Source of the DNA: Psammoneis japonica
Lineage: Eukaryota
DNA length: 64,000 bases
Assembly (NCBI GenBank): GCA_008632985.1
Contig: QPGO01000012.1
Coordinates: 434,001-498,000 of the forward strand
Direction of reading: 5' to 3'
Part shown: positions 1 to 12,340 of the stretch, in pieces
Position numbering within the stretch: position 1 is the stretch's first letter
Layout of the letters: each line of letters opens with the position of its first letter
Program-made: the position numbers and the translations under genes
The notes under the pieces: generated by a model
The model's input: the letters and a program-made list of their open reading frames with translations, nothing else
Databases searched by the model: none
What the model was told of the DNA's origin: nothing

Positions 1-351
1 GCACTGAACTGTGCGCGATGCGTCAGAATTCGGATTGATGCGCACGATGATGCGTCTCGTGTTGCTCATCACAACACCCACAAAAACAGCTTGCAATGGT
101 GACACTCACAAAGATGGTCACTGTCCTCACATGTGTGACAGGTGTGAAGGGACTGCGGCATTGGGCGACATGCCCGAGCGTTTGCCCAACAATGTCGGTT
201 GACATGAGCGACACAGGACTGATCGCCCTGACGTCGGGTGGCTGTGTGAACCCGTCATCACAACACAGAGAAAGTGCAGCAATCATGACCATGCAGACTC
301 ACAGCTGCATGTTCCTGGTGTGGGACCTTTGTGCCCTTTCTCCATTGTGGG

Positions 352-1895
352 ATGGCAGCAGCGGCAGCACCAGCAGCAGCACTTGCGGCGTCAGCCGCGG
401 CAGCTGACGTTGACGCAGTTTTGCAAGTTTGTGGTGTTGCTGACCAGAACGCAAGGGCGAGGTTGGTCTTCCATGAAGGGTCCACGACTTTGGAAAACAT
501 CGCAGTGATGGAGAGTGACCACGATGTGGAAGATGTGGCACAGAGGGCGTCTCGTCGCACGGTGGCCGACGGATGTGTGACTCTTGGGACTGTTCAGATC
601 AAGAACTTACAGGCGCCAGTGTGGTGGTGCCAGGATTTGCTCAAACAGAATCAGCCATTGGTTGCGGCAGACTTTAATGCAGCAGCTGTGGCTGCGGCCC
701 GGGATGGCAGGCACATCGAAAAGGAGCGCACGGATTCGGACGCGTCGGTGAGCGGTCTCGTAAAGTTCAAGCCCGATGACTTCAATGTGTGCGAAGATGC
801 TTTCTTGAATCTCTTGGCACAGAAATTTGGCGTGTTGAAAGAACCCCTTGCCATGTCGTAAGGACAATGCCAGCTCCGGCTGCATTCACGGATGCTCAAC
901 AACAGTGCACGCACCAGATGCCATTGAATGGTGCCACATGTGACGAGGACAACCGCAGCGTTTGCCATGTGTTGAAGGAACACTTGGTCGACACGGCAGG
1001 ATGGGCATGGATTGAACCGTTTGACGCGACAGAAGACGGACGTGGAGCATTCAACACATGGGTTGACCATTGCAATGGACAGGGTGAGTTGAGCAAGCGC
1101 ATCCATCTGGCTGCGGGAACTGTTGAAACCTTGTTTTGTAAAAAGGAAGGATCGCTCCCGTTCGAAAAGTTCAATGAGAAACTTGCCAGTGCTTTCGCCA
1201 CTTTGAACAAATCACCGGACGACCGCAAATCTGAACGACAGAAAGTTGACATTCTTCTAAAAGGGATCCGAACGGATGACACTCGTCTCATTGCAGCAAC
1301 GGCTGTCATCAGCAGTCAGCACCCACGTGACTTCGCGGGGGCATGTGCTTGTTTCTCATCCGAAGTCTCTCATTTGCACGCAGGTGCTCAGTTGGAAGCC
1401 CGGCATCACTCGAAGCGCAAGATTTCTGAAATGAGCCGTGGTGGCGGTGGTGGCCGCGGTTTTTATCAAGGTCGCGGTTGCGGAGGAAGATTTGGACGTG
1501 GGGGTGGACGCGGACGCGGTGGTGGCCATCAAGGCAGAGGTGGCGACCACACTACGATGATCAATGGAGTCGATGCATCCAACCCCACAAGGAGCTTTAG
1601 TGCTCAAGAATGGGAAAAGTCACAGTGTGATGGAGGCATGAGCCACGTGTTCCAAGCTCGCGAACGAATGGGTCATGGACGCGGTGGTGGCCGTGGGTCT
1701 CCCGCAGGTCGACAAGGACGCGATGGGGGCGGCAGGCATGCAGCTGAAGCCCAAGTCCATCAAGATGGCCAAGGCCAAACCCAACAACAGGATCAGGAGC
1801 AAAGGAGCAGCGGGCGTGGACGCGGCGCTGACCGGGATCGCGGTGGACGCAATGGACGTGCCTTCGGTCGGGGAGCCTACAATGGTTCCACCTGA
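352..1895 (+). pseudogene. gag, frameshifted near 850-860
   Basis: ORF 331..861 continues in the frame of ORF 789..1895 (EPL/CHVVR junction). Contains the DGRGAFNTWVDHCNGQGE gag-like motif and a Gly/Arg-rich tail. Confidence 0.8.
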
Positions 1896-2099
1896 CTCCT
1901 TGGGGTGGCAACAGCCACTGGAGCATTGGCGCACTTGGTGCACTTGTCGTTTTTGCTTGTGTCACTCTTCTTGCTGTTGGCCAGGCCCCACCCAACATCT
2001 CATTTCAAAGGAAAGGCGACAAAGAGGCACATTGCCGTGACATCAAAACGTGTGATCCGATCGACGAGTTCTGCACAGATGACAAATTTGACGACACCT

Positions 2100-5000
2100 G
2101 GTTTGTCGCTCGAAATGAATGTGATGCTCACGCGGACACTTGTTGCGCTGGGGCGAACTGGAAGCTCATGGAGATGACAAATGAAGTGTGCGAGGTACAT
2201 CCATTTCTGGACTCTTGTGAGCCAATCAAACAGGTTCCTGTGGCATGTTGTTGCACCGCATGGACAGATCTGGAAACGACTCATGAACATTCACTGGTTG
2301 GTGATCAAATGCTCTGGTTTGGGACCGACATGGAACACTCACTTTTGAATCCTAACCAACTCCGTGCGCACAACACACCCGCACACGACAACCCTTGCGA
2401 CACCCGAAACGGATTTGGCATTGAAGCTGACGAAGCTTTCATCCCTTTCAATGCCACGGGGACAATTGTGTCTTTCAAGTCTCGTGTTTCGACGGATTGG
2501 GAAGTGCAGAACTTGCCGGTTGTGCTGTTGACAGGTGATGTGTGGGATCCAGCACAGATGGACATGGGCTTGCTGGAGCGCGCTAGAGAGCAGGCGGAGA
2601 TGCGCACTGTTTGATCATTGACCTCTGTCATGCGACAAGAACAGGTCTCGGAATTAAGGAGCGAGAAGGCAAAGTCCCAAGCAGCATGCTGGGGCGAGGT
2701 CGAAATGCAACTGTCGTCTGTGTCTCCCATCTGTCAACTTCAATCGTTTTGCAACAGGCTTGTCAGCTCAGTGAATGTGGCTTGTGCATGTCGCGACGAC
2801 GTGGACAAGAGGCAGAGGGCAGTCAAAGATTTATGTGGCAAGGATCGGCACTCAAAGGTTGACGCTGAAGAGCTGGCCCAAAAATGGAGTGTCGGTTTAG
2901 AAACAGCAAAAGATGCTCTCAATGCAACAACTCAGCGCGGTGTACGAATGGCGACCCAGCCGATGTCACGAAGAGTGAGGGTGGATCATCTTGACTTGCG
3001 TCGGAAGCATCTGAAAGGAACATGGTTTGTGGACACTTTGATGTCCAAGGTGAAGTCTTCACTCGGCAACACATGTGCCAATGTTCACACTCAGGGCAAA
3101 TTCGTGAAGGTTGTGCCGATGACCGCCAGGTCAGAGGCAGGTTTGTCTCTTGTTGAATTCACAGACGATGTGGGTGCACCAGAATGTCTCATGTCGGACG
3201 GGGCAGGAGAGTTCACAGGAAGGAGCACCGAATTTGTGAGACACGCACGACGCATGAGAGTGCAATTGAGAACATCAGAGCAGGGTCGGAAGAACCAGAA
3301 CCAGGCAGCAGAGCGCGAAATTGGTTTCTTAGCCAAACGTTGGCGGCTGCGGATGACGAAGAAGAAGGTGCCAAAGCGATCATGGGATTTTGGTCTTGTT
3401 TGCGAGTCAGAATTAGTGTCGCGCATGGCAAGAGGCAGGGATGAGAGGACTGGATGTGAAGAGGTCACTGGGCAGACACCAGAGACAGGCGAGCATTTGG
3501 ATTTTGGTTTCTACGATGTGGCATGGTGGTGGGACAGGCCCAACAAGCCGAGTGCAACTGACGATCCTCGAAGGCTTGGACGGTGGCTTGGCATCTCACA
3601 CAAAGTTGGCTCGGATGTGTGCCATTGGATCATTGCGGAAAGCGGGAAGATTGTCTCCAAAACATCGGTCGAGCACGTGACACAGGCTGACATGGTGCAA
3701 CCGGATGTTCGCGTCAAGGTCGACAACTTTAATGAGCAGCTGGAGAAGCGATTGGACGATGCCAACTTTGTCTTAAAAGGCAATGAAGCTGTGCCCGCAT
3801 TCATGTTGGACGATCTTGCAATTGACGGCAACCTCGGTGTGGAACATGAGGGTGGTGTCACGCCAGAGGACGAGGAACATGGCAACATGCTGTCACCCAA
3901 CGAGTGACCAGACGACGACAACGAGCAGGCAATCGATCAACACCTGGGAATGGAACTTGTGTTTGACATCGGAACCGACGGCGAGCGACGTGGTGTTGTA
4001 ACGAAACGTGCAAGAGGACAGGATGGGCGTCCAATTGGGACTCGGCATCAAAACCCATTGTTTGACACTCGCGGGTGCGAAGTGGAACACACCGACGGAA
4101 CCACAGACAAGCACACAGCCAATGTCATTGCCGAGAACATGTTTGCTCAGGTCGACAGTGAGGGCAACCAGTGTTCCATCTTACACGAGACACAGGACCA
4201 CGAGAGGAGTGACGATGCGGTGTCGGTTGCTGACGGCACCGCACGAACCGCTGACGGGAAGGAGAAGAAGAAGATCACAACAAAAGGATGGAAGTCATTG
4301 GTTGGATGGAAGGATGGCAGCTCATCTTGGGTCAAACTCAAAGATCTAAAGGACTCTGACCCCATTGAAGTTGCTGAGCATGCTGTTGCGAACAGGTTGA
4401 CGGAAGAACCTGCTTTTGCTTGGTGGGTCACACATGTCCCACGCAAACGGAACCGCATTGCATCCAAGGTCAAGAAGAAGTGCTGGCACACGACTCACAA
4501 GTTTGGGGTCCGATTGCCCAAGTCCACGGAGGACGCTTTGCGGATTGATCAGGAAACGGGGACAGATCATTGGGCTCGTGCAATCAACAAGGAGATGGCA
4601 AAGGCAAAGGTGGCATGGCGCGAGCACGAAGCTGAAACCCCTCAAGTCATCCGGGAAGGCAAGAGTGCAACTTTGCGTGGTTGTCAGGAGATCAGGTGCC
4701 ACATGGCACTCGACATTAAAATGGATTTCACCAGAAAGGCAAGGTTTTCAGCTGGCGGACACACGACAGAGGCCCCAGCATCGATCACTCACTCTGGTGT
4801 GGTTTCCAGAGACAGTGTGCGACTTGGATTCTTGTCAGCAGCCTTGAATGGTGTCGACATTGCGGCGATTGATCTGGAGAATGCTCATCTCAATGCACCG
4901 TGCGCAGAAAAGACATGGTTTGAAGGCGGAAAGGAATGCGGCGAGCACAAAGGAAAGGTGCTTGTTGTCACTCGGGCGTCACATGGCTTAAAGAGCTTGG

Positions 5001-6226
5001 GATGCTCTTGGAGGTCTGCACTGTCATCAGTCTTGCGTGACTCAGGCTTCGAATCGACAAGAGCGGACCCAGATGTCTGCTTGCGTGCGGCGACTCGTGA
5101 GGATGGGCATGAGTGTCATGAAATGCTTTTGGTTTGTGTCGATGACATGCCAATCATTTCCCATCAAGGGAAGTCTGTTGTTGCTGCAACAGGTGAACAC
5201 TGCACCGTGAAGCCCGGCAGCAAAGGAGAACCAGAAGCTCATCTTGGAGCTAACGTTGAGAAGGTTCAGACTCAGGATGGGCGCACAATCTGGGCGAGTT
5301 CACCGAGGTCACATGTCAAATCGGCGATTGAGACTGTGGAAGGCCCATTGGATGAAGACGGCAATGGAGAGGTTCTGAAGAACAGTGCAAAGGATCCACC
5401 ACCCCCAAAGTGCAAACCGGAACTGGGCGTGACGGACGAGTCAGGCCCTGACTTGGTGGACAGGCATTTGCAGCTGATGGGGATTTGTCGTTGGGCGATC
5501 GAGTTGGGTCGCATCGACATCTTGCATGAGGTTTCAATCCTATCTCAATGTCAAGCTAATCCAAGGAAAGGACATCTTGAGGCATTGTGTCACGCGTTTG
5601 CGCACATGAAGAAACACCAGAACGTCGGACGCATCGGATTTGATCCAAAGGAACCGGTGATTGATGAATCTATTTTCAATTCGAACGCAGACTGGACCGA
5701 GTTTTACGGGGACGTCGAGGAGGAACCACCGCCACGGGCACCGAAGCCTCGTGGCAATCCGGCAAACATCTGTGCATTTGTTGATGCTAACCATGCAGGG
5801 AATGTTGTCACTCGCAGGTTGCATGGCGGGACTCTGACATTCGTCAACAACGCACCAGTGGTGTGGTTCAGCAAGCGGCAGAACACGGTGGAATCGGCAA
5901 CGTTTGGAAGTGAATTGGTTGCGATGCGGATTTGCAAGGAATTGATTGTTGCTTTGCGTTGCAAGCTTCGTATGTTTGGGGTTCCCCTTGAAGGACCGGC
6001 AAGCATCTTTTGTGACAATCGCGGTGTTGCAAAGAATGCAAGTGCACCCGAGTCGGTTTTGCACAAGAAGCATGATGCCATCAACTGCCATGTTGCACGA
6101 GAAGCGGTCGCAGCGGGAATTGTTCGTGTTGGCAAGGAGGATGCGGAAACGAACTTGGCCGATCTACTTGCGAAGGTGGTCACAGGAGAGCGGCGATGGA
6201 AGCTTTGCTCGTGCATTTTTTGGCAA
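2100..6226 (+). pseudogene. pol (protease-integrase-RT-RNase H), inactivated
   Basis: In-frame TGA at 2612-2614 and 3905-3907. The RT catalytic YVDD motif reads CVDD. Only about 2 Tyr occur in about 1200 codons between 2618 and 6226. Confidence 0.9.
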
Positions 6227-7189
6227 TGTCCCGACACCAAGGCCAGGTGCCTGTGGCTCGTGCCCACGTATCGTGGCCTCCCAAGCCAGTGTGTCTGGTG
6301 GTTTAATTTGGGTTCTTGTGGTTTGCCTCTCTGTGAGAGGATGTTGCATGTTCAGACGAATCGGCACTGTCATTGCCGTTTCGCGGGGACCGAGTAAATC
6401 TGGATGGAGTGCTGTGTTGCAGTTGGTGATTGGTCAAGATGTGTGGATCAAGTGGTGCTGCAGCGACACGCTCACAATCTAATCAGGTTTAGGTTCGCAT
6501 TGTCAGTGTTGCCACTTTCCATTTAGACTTGAGGTGTTGTGCTTGTTCTTTCGTTGCATCGAGATTTGTTCGACAGCACTCTTGCCAGCTGCTGCTCAAG
6601 GCCAGCTTCAATGACAAGCTGGAGAATTTTCATTGGAGTTCAGCTGAACATGCTGGTGTTTAATGTTGTGCATCTGGCCATGTGATTCTTCACCTCAGAA
6701 AGAGAAAAAACAGAGTGTGGTGCAGTCAAACAAATGGACTCACAAGTTGGAATCTTTGGTTTCTCTCTGGCAGAAGGCACAGCACTCTGGCCAGCTGCTT
6801 TGAAACAAAGATTGCTGTGTTGTGCTTTCAGTCTTTTGTCTTTCTGCTTCCATTGAAAAAAGGTTTCAAAGAGTGTTTCAAAAGATTGAGGCACACCAAT
6901 GTCAAAAACTGACACACAGAAACAGGTCGAGTGGGGCAACATTGCCTCAATGCACTTGTTGGAAAAATGTGGCATGTTGCACAATTGCATTGTGGCAGGA
7001 GAGGTTCAGCAGCAAAATGGACTTGGCTGATTTTTGCACGGTGAAGTGCAGCAGACACAAGAAAAATGCTGTTTCATGTTCTCTCCAACTGGAGGGTCAG
7101 TTGAGATGGTTGACACCTTGTCAGAGATGTGAGAGCTTCTGCCATTGATGTCGGTCACTGTTGACATCATAAAAGCCGCAACGACATTC

Positions 7190-7755
7190 CAAAAATGCAA
7201 ACGAATTGTTGTCACACAAAAAAACTCAAAAATTTTCAGTTGTTGCCAGTCATCTGGGCACCATGTGTGCACTTTGAACTCATGCCCTCTCTCTCTCCCT
7301 CCTCCTTTTCCTCTTCCTCATCTTCAAAATTCTGAGCTGCCTGCATGACCAGACACATGCCTTCTCCTGACAATCCTCCAGCCACGTGCACAGGCAGCTC
7401 TTCATCAATCATGCTGGAAATGTGCTGGAACTTGTGCAGAATCCTTTGATGACACAACTCCATTTCCATGATGACAAGTGGAAATGAATGGTTCAATCCA
7501 GCCAGTGTGCATTGCACAAAACAACATGAAAGAGGGAATTCTCTTGATTCCCTCAATTCAATGAGCAACAAGCTGCAATGAGAAAAATGCAAACAAATCA
7601 TTGCCATGCAAAAAATTCAAAATTTTTCAGTTGTTGCAAGTCATCTGGGCATCATGCATTTGCTTTGAGCTCACGCCCTCTCTCTCTCCCTCCTCCATTT
7701 CCTCTTCCTTATCTTCACAAAGTTAGAGCCACCTGTGTGACTGGACATGTGTCCT
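7190..7755 (+). repeat. Diverged direct duplication (~7190-7350 and ~7580-7755)
   Basis: Shared AAAATGCAAAC...TTTTCAGTTGTTGC.AGTCATCTGGGCA...GCCCTCTCTCTCTCCCTCCTCC.TTTCCTCTTCCT.ATCTTCA. Confidence 0.85.
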
Positions 7756-10700
7756 TTCTTCCATTCCCACCACCTCCAGCCCAGTCCAATGGACACAGGC
7801 ACACACCTGCCCAAAAAGTGGCTTGCTTGCTGATGCACAGCAAAAACTCCCTTGGAAACATGTGGCTCTGCCATGAGACCACCATGACCTGTGAATCAAT
7901 TCCGGTCCTGCTGCAATCAAAATTGCAGGCAACAGGCAACCACACAATTGGACATCTGAACAAGTCAGTGCACTGGCTTAAACATGAAATTAGCTTGCCA
8001 GCTCCAGACAAGCCACACGTCGGACAAGCGCACAATGTTGCGGCAAGTCTCCATGCCATGCTTGACACAGGCCAACATCTTTGGCACACAAGCAGCTCTT
8101 TCATTGCCAGACCTGTCAGCAGCAATGCTGGCAGAATGCAGCACACCTTTCCCAGCAAACTTGCTGTCACTTTTGGCAAAGGTTGGTGTTGCAAAACAAG
8201 CTGCCAGTGCTCCAGGCGGTCTGGGTGCCTCACGGTGGCTGCTGTCAAGAACATTGGTGAAAGGCATGCCGCCGTTGTTTTCTTGGAATTCGAGCTGTTT
8301 TCAAGCATGCCCATCTCATTCAAGTGGTTTGCATCTGACATCATGGCACCAGGACACAATTCATGATTGCCAAGCCAGCCACACAACTGAAGAAATGTGC
8401 CTCCTTTTGCAATGTTGCCACCACAGCATGATGAACAAGTGATCCGCTGCAGCCATGCTGTGCAAGACTTGTGCAGGGGCACTCCAGCATTGCCCCATGA
8501 GATTGGTCATTTGTTTCTGCATTTCTAATTCCAGAGAGGGTCTTGCAGGTCATTGTCCTGCCTTTCAGAGCACACATGGGCCAACTCGCCTGCAATGCCA
8601 ACACCATCTCCAACTTGCTGCCGACAACACTGGCGATTGTTTCCTTTCACTTTGTTCCACATGAGGACATGGCAGCCACCATGGTGGGGACAGTTTCACC
8701 AAAGGCAAATTTGCAGTGGAGGAACCATTCCTCAAACCATGTCACAGTCAAGACATGCCAAGTGTCCCATTGCAAATGGCAATGGCATGACTTAGAAGCC
8801 TTTCCACATCAGCACAACCAGTCTGAGCTTTGACTTGGTGTGGTCACACCACTCCTTGTTGTGTGCACTTTCTTCTCACCCAGCATTGCAAAGCACTTGT
8901 TGGCAGGGGGCAGTTGCATGATGTGAACCCCGAGACCACTGGCCTCCAACAATTTGTTTGGGATGGCCTTCAAGTTTGCATCTGGGGCCATCACTTCAGT
9001 GATGCACTGCTTCTTGAGCCTCTGATCTGCCAACTCCCCTTCTGCTCCATCCTTTTTGCTGTCAATCTCAAGCTGTTCTAGCTGGACCAGCTTCTGATGA
9101 TCATTCCAGTCCAGTCACTCCATTTCTGCATTCTTCCTCTGGCTGCATGGTGGACTTGACTCCTGCCACCACAGGCATGCTGAACTTTGCAGCAGCAACA
9201 AAGCTTTGCTTGACAATGCCATCCTCGCCGGTTGATGTGCGCAGAAATCACTGTGCAGACAGACCGCCACTGTGATTCTCACTGCAAGTGGTGACACCCA
9301 ATCTGTTCCAAACCTCTGCTGATGCCCCATCCCTGAGCAGAGGTCCATGGAATTGGTTGTGATGTGGCAGAAGTTTTGCAGTGCAGCGCATGTGGCACAC
9401 CAACACATCATGCCTCTCTTTGGTTGATGCTTTTTGGGTGCATTCCTCTGCAGTTCTTCTTGTCTTTGGCATTGGAGCATTTGTGAAAGGGTTGATTTTG
9501 TTGCTCCTTCATCTGAAAAATGCACTTGTTTGTGGGGTTTGCTTTGTTGGCACTTGCTGGTTTGTTTGTGTTTGACTTCAGAGTGGGGAGAGAGACTGTG
9601 CATTTCAGCGCACCTGCTTGTGATGCCCAGACAATTTGCACATGTCAGGCCTGCCAGCCAACACAAAATGAGAGGAAGATGAGGGATGAGAAGGGATGGT
9701 GATGCAACCCACCAATGTTGTGGGTGCTTCCAGCTCCCAGTTGAAAGCACCAAAAACAAACAAGCACAGCAGACCAGACCAAAGTCAGCCAACAAAATGC
9801 ATGTGCAAAGGCAGCTGCAAGTTGCAAATGCACAAGGAAAAATCCAACAATTCCAAAGTGTGTGCCTTCCATGACCCTGCAGTCTCTCAAGCACCAGAAA
9901 TGAGGTGACTTTCATCAATGTTTCAAAGGTGTCTGTTCTTCTTGCCCTCTGCTCACTCCAAGATGCACAAGGGCCCTTTCTTTCAAACCACACAGAGGAG
10001 ATGCTGTCTGCATCATCATCTCAAAACTCTTGGCCCTCTTGCTGGCCTTTGCCGCCCCCTGGAGCACAACTTGTTCACAGCTTCACCCATCCCACCATGC
10101 CCCTTGTTCCATGCACCACTTTCTGGCTTGAAGCTCAGGCACAGTGGGCCCAAAGATTAACTTTTTTGACTGTGAAATTGCTTGCTTTGAATGATGAATG
10201 TAAAAAGGCTTCTAAAGGGAGCATTTCCTTGGTTGCAACAGAGCACATGTGGCAAACACCACACACAGAATGCATGCATCAAAAATTGCCTCTGCCAGTC
10301 TCCAACATGCAAACTCGTGTGTGAAGGACCACCCTTGGTTCACCCCAGCAATGCGCTTGTACAAATTCTTTGAGCTGATTTTTTCCATTGGCCTTTTCAT
10401 GGCAACCTGCTCATCTCCTGAACATGTTGCTTCTCCATGAAGCTGGGAGATCTGACAAAGACACTGCACATTGGACTCTTCTTTTTTCATGACCAAGGCC
10501 CAGCAACAATGACTGCAGTGTTGCTCTTGCTCTTCAATGGGTGCTTGGTGCGCACACTGCAATTCTTGGGAAGAAAATTTTGTTTGGCAGCACTTGTTTC
10601 CTGCTGCCATTGTTGAGACATCAACAATGGTGGCCAGTTGTGGATGACAGCTTGGGAGATCTGCAAAGCACAAGAAGAGGGTGGACAAGGTGGGGTGGCT

Positions 10701-10869
10701 CTCATCACAAATGTGCTCCATGGCATGTTGTTCCAACAAGCAATTTGGAAATGATGGGGCATCATCAAAAGAGGTTGCATGCCTCTTGCTTGCAAAGAGG
10801 CATCTTGGGCAACTCTTGCTCTTGAGCAACCCGGTCTGATGCCACAACAAGCACACTTCACTCTTGTGC

Positions 10870-12340
10870 AGTTGTGGGTTCAATCTTTAAAATGTTGGTG
10901 GATGAGTGTACAACAATCCAGGCAAAATGCACAACAGCTTGTCCAGTGCTGAGCTGCTGGCCTTGTGTGTCAAATTCTTTCAAGCCAACCTGGCAGAGCA
11001 AACAACAATGCTGTGGCTTGATGGCCAAATGCCACAACTGGGCTGCCACTCATCCAAATGACAAAACATGACACACAAGCTTTGCAGTCTCAAAGTTGAC
11101 CCATTTCCAGACACACTCAAACCAGCACCAATCAACTGGCCACAGCACTGGTGGCTGTCATGCTCAAGATGTTTGCATGCACAGGCAATGAGCCCACAGT
11201 CCACCACAGTCTCCCAATGCCCAAATGATGACACCAAATGTTTCCCCTCTCTGGCATGTGACTTTTTTTTCACAAAGAGTGGCACAGCTCTGACAGCTTG
11301 CATTTTGGCCACCCATCACACCCGACTGAGGAAAATGTTGTTTGTGCACTTGTGCTGCCACAAGCTGCAATCCTCAATTGCACGTTGATGAGGTGAGGGA
11401 TTCTGCAGTTGGATGCAGTCAACATTGTGTGGATCAGGACACATTGCCCAGCTGATTCTCTGAAATGGTGCAAGGAGCATCTGGAAGGTGGCATCCTCTT
11501 GCTGGTTCTGCCAATGTTGTTGCACCAGCCCAGCAACAAAAGAAGCATGGTGCATGATGCGAGGAGCATCCACAAAGGAAACAGCGGGTGCTGGGAGAGA
11601 TCCACACCAAAAGTGCAGATGAAGCAGCAAAAACCAAGGAAACGAGGCTCTCAAAGGTGCAGCTGCACAAGGATGAAAAGTTGCTGGAGAGATGACTGCT
11701 GATGAAAACAATCAGTTGAAGAATGAAAACATGGCATTGCAGAAGAAGCTTGCCAAAGTTGTGGATCCAAGATTCTGCTGTCATGTGATGAGCTGAGACC
11801 TCTTGGTTGAGTGGTGGTCTCATCCTTGTCAGCAATGTGTGCAGAAACCTGACACACCTTGACGGCACTCTTCAACCCTGATGCCATGGCAAGTGCAATC
11901 CATTCTTGAACAATTGTGAGTTCAAACATTGGTGGAAAAATGCACAATCCAAATGAGGTGCAACAGCTTGTGCAGCCCCAAATTTGCATGTGCTGCAGTG
12001 CTTTGTGCATTGCTCCAAAACTGCTCAGCAGCAAACAATGTTGCAGCTTGACAGCCAGGTGCCACATCTGTGCTGCCATGCATCCAAAAACAACAAAGCA
12101 TGACACACACATGCATTTAGTGCCAGACTCAAAGTTGGTCCATTTGACACACTCAAATCAGCACACAAGAGAATTGGCCACAGTGCTGCTGGCAGCACTG
12201 CAGCCAGTCAGAGACGGTTTTTGCACACACACGGGCAATGTGGGCCGCAGCCCTGACACATCCAAATGATGACATCAAATGATGTTTTTGACCCTCTTTT
12301 TGCACAAAAAGCAGCATGGCTCTGATGGCTCATGTTTTGG
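10870..12340 (+). repeat. Older diverged direct duplication (~10870-11310 and ~11915-12340)
   Basis: Collinear shared words: CAACAGCTTGT, AAACAATG.TG..GCTTGA, TGCCACA, CATCCAAA, CATGACACACA, CTCAAAGTTG..CCATTT, GACACACTCAAA.CAGCAC, CCAAATGATGACA.CAAATG. Confidence 0.7.

Larger units (their letters stand above)
352..6226 (+). mobile_element. Degenerate Ty1/copia (CoDi-like) LTR retrotransposon, internal gag-pol region
   Basis: Domain order is gag (352-1895, RGG-rich C-terminus), protease region (~2100-2610), integrase (WFVDTL...MSDGAGEF...QNQAAERE, 2618-3907), RT (RKARFSAGGH, DLENAHL, LVCVDD) and RNase H (FVDANHAG, TVESATFGSE, IFCDN, NLADLLAK). Integrase before RT is the copia order. No matching LTR pair was found inside the window. 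Confidence 0.93.

Noticed and set aside
3950..6226. Alternative genetic code or codon preference explaining the lack of Tyr
   Set aside because: Neighbouring genes use TAT/TAC and TAA/TAG normally, and TA is also lost in LTRs and other non-coding DNA.
1..6400. Classical fungal RIP or CpG deamination alone as the cause of degeneration
   Set aside because: RIP increases TpA and stop codons, and CpG decay cannot turn Tyr into Cys/His. CpG is largely retained in this element. CpG decay explains only some changes, such as the probable CGA->TGA stops at 2612 and 3905.
6380..6640. 3' LTR of the first copia element
   Set aside because: A purine-rich GCGGGGAC at ~6383 may be a PPT, but no matching copy exists in 1-350, so LTR limits cannot be supported.
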